Shown piece after piece: positions 63,220-64,000 of a DNA stretch of 64,000 nt. The notes under the pieces are model-generated. The model worked only from the letters and a program-made list of their open reading frames with translations. It was not told where the DNA came from and did not search any database. The position numbers were made by a program, and so were the translations under genes. How positions within the stretch are numbered: position 1 is the first letter of the stretch; each line of letters begins with the position of its first letter. This stretch comes from Longimicrobiales bacterium (GTDB lineage Bacteria > Gemmatimonadota > Gemmatimonadetes > Longimicrobiales > Gaopeijiaceae), in contig CBDDCX010000007.1 in the NCBI GenBank assembly GCA_965226375.1, positions 448,001 through 512,000 of the forward strand. Direction: 5' to 3'.

Positions 63220-64000
63220 GAACCATCCGGGTGCCGGGTGACAAGTCCATCTCGCAGCGGGCTTTGATTCTCGCCTCGTTAGCCACCGGCGAGAGTCGAC
63301 TGAGCGGGGTGCTCCCGGGGGCCGATCCCCAGGCGACCGCGTCCGTATTGAGAGCGCTGGGGGCGGATCTTCCGCAACTCCCGGACGACGGGGGGGAGAT
63401 CCGGGTGATGGGACTGGGCCTTCACGGTTTGCATGAGCCGGAAGAGGAGCTGGACTTCCAGAACAGCGGGACCGGAGGTCGCCTCATGTTGGGCGTACTA
63501 GCCGCCCAGCCGTTCACCACCCGGGTGACCGGTGACGCGTCCCTGCGGAGCCGTCCTATGGGTCGGGTGACGCGCCCCCTCGCCCAAATGGGTGCGACAT
63601 TCCACGAGTTGGGAGAGCCGGACCGGTTTCCGCTCGAGGTGGTCGGTTCTCGGCTCTCGTCCTTGGATTACGACTCGCCGGTGGCCAGCGCGCAGGTGAA
63701 GAGCTCGTTGCTGCTCGCCGGGCTCGTGGGGGAGACGTTCGTCCTGCTCTCGGAGCCTCGGCGCTCACGGGACCACACCGAGCGAATGTTGGGAATGGTC
63801 GGGGCCCCGATCATTTCCCACGAGAATGGTGGTCGGTGGCATGTGGAGCTCCGTGACCCGCCGTCCGTCATCGCTCCCCTCGATCTGCAAGTGCCGGGTG
63901 ACTTCTCATCGGCAGCTTTTTTCTTGGTCCTGGCTCTCCTGGGTGGGGTGAACGGTGGACTGGCCATCGATCATGTCGGCCTGAACCCCACCAGAACGGG
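63216..64000 (+). CDS. aroA: EPSP synthase, partial (runs off window end)
   Basis: Manual translation: VPGDKSISQR, NSGTGGR, GDASLRSRPM, SAQVKS, RDHTE, VPGDFSSA. Confidence 0.93.
   Translation, partial: MRTIRVPGDKSISQRALILASLATGESRLSGVLPGADPQATASVLRALGADLPQLPDDGGEIRVMGLGLHGLHEPEEELDFQNSGTGGRLMLGVLAAQPFTTRVTGDASLRSRPMGRVTRPLAQMGATFHELGEPDRFPLEVVGSRLSSLDYDSPVASAQVKSSLLLAGLVGETFVLLSEPRRSRDHTERMLGMVGAPIISHENGGRWHVELRDPPSVIAPLDLQVPGDFSSAAFFLVLALLGGVNGGLAIDHVGLNPTRT

Overview
High-GC (roughly 64% by eye) bacterial chromosome segment. The gene repertoire (tandem sortilin/Asp-box proteins, TonB-dependent receptors, acidobacterial-type PadR, Tat-exported PLP enzyme) suggests Gemmatimonadota; this is inference only. 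Housekeeping loci: tesA/ybbAP-like, proline dehydrogenase, trxC-argR-argG-argH, aroF, class I fba-rpiA-rpe, trmH, tRNA-Leu(TAA), nadA-nadC and rnz-tyrA-aroA. Also present: a Hpt/REC/hybrid-kinase phosphorelay, two c-di-GMP genes, a decaying surface-glycan region with an IS481 inserted in wecE, and an ergothioneine cluster (egtB, egtD, egtC) beside a betaine-type ABC importer. Main observations: (1) a 22-aa, probably leaderless FYFFY leader peptide, too short for the ORF track, with a full terminator/antiterminator attenuator upstream of DAHP synthase; (2) an egt cluster with no egtE in the window, where a PLP beta-elimination enzyme is coupled to egtC and could be an alternative C-S lyase; (3) a switch-like structured leader upstream of argG in addition to ARG boxes; (4) many gene lesions concentrated in signalling and surface genes, plus recurrent G-to-A changes at conserved codons. 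No CRISPR array, prophage or rRNA was seen. All family calls come from motif recognition by eye, not from searches.
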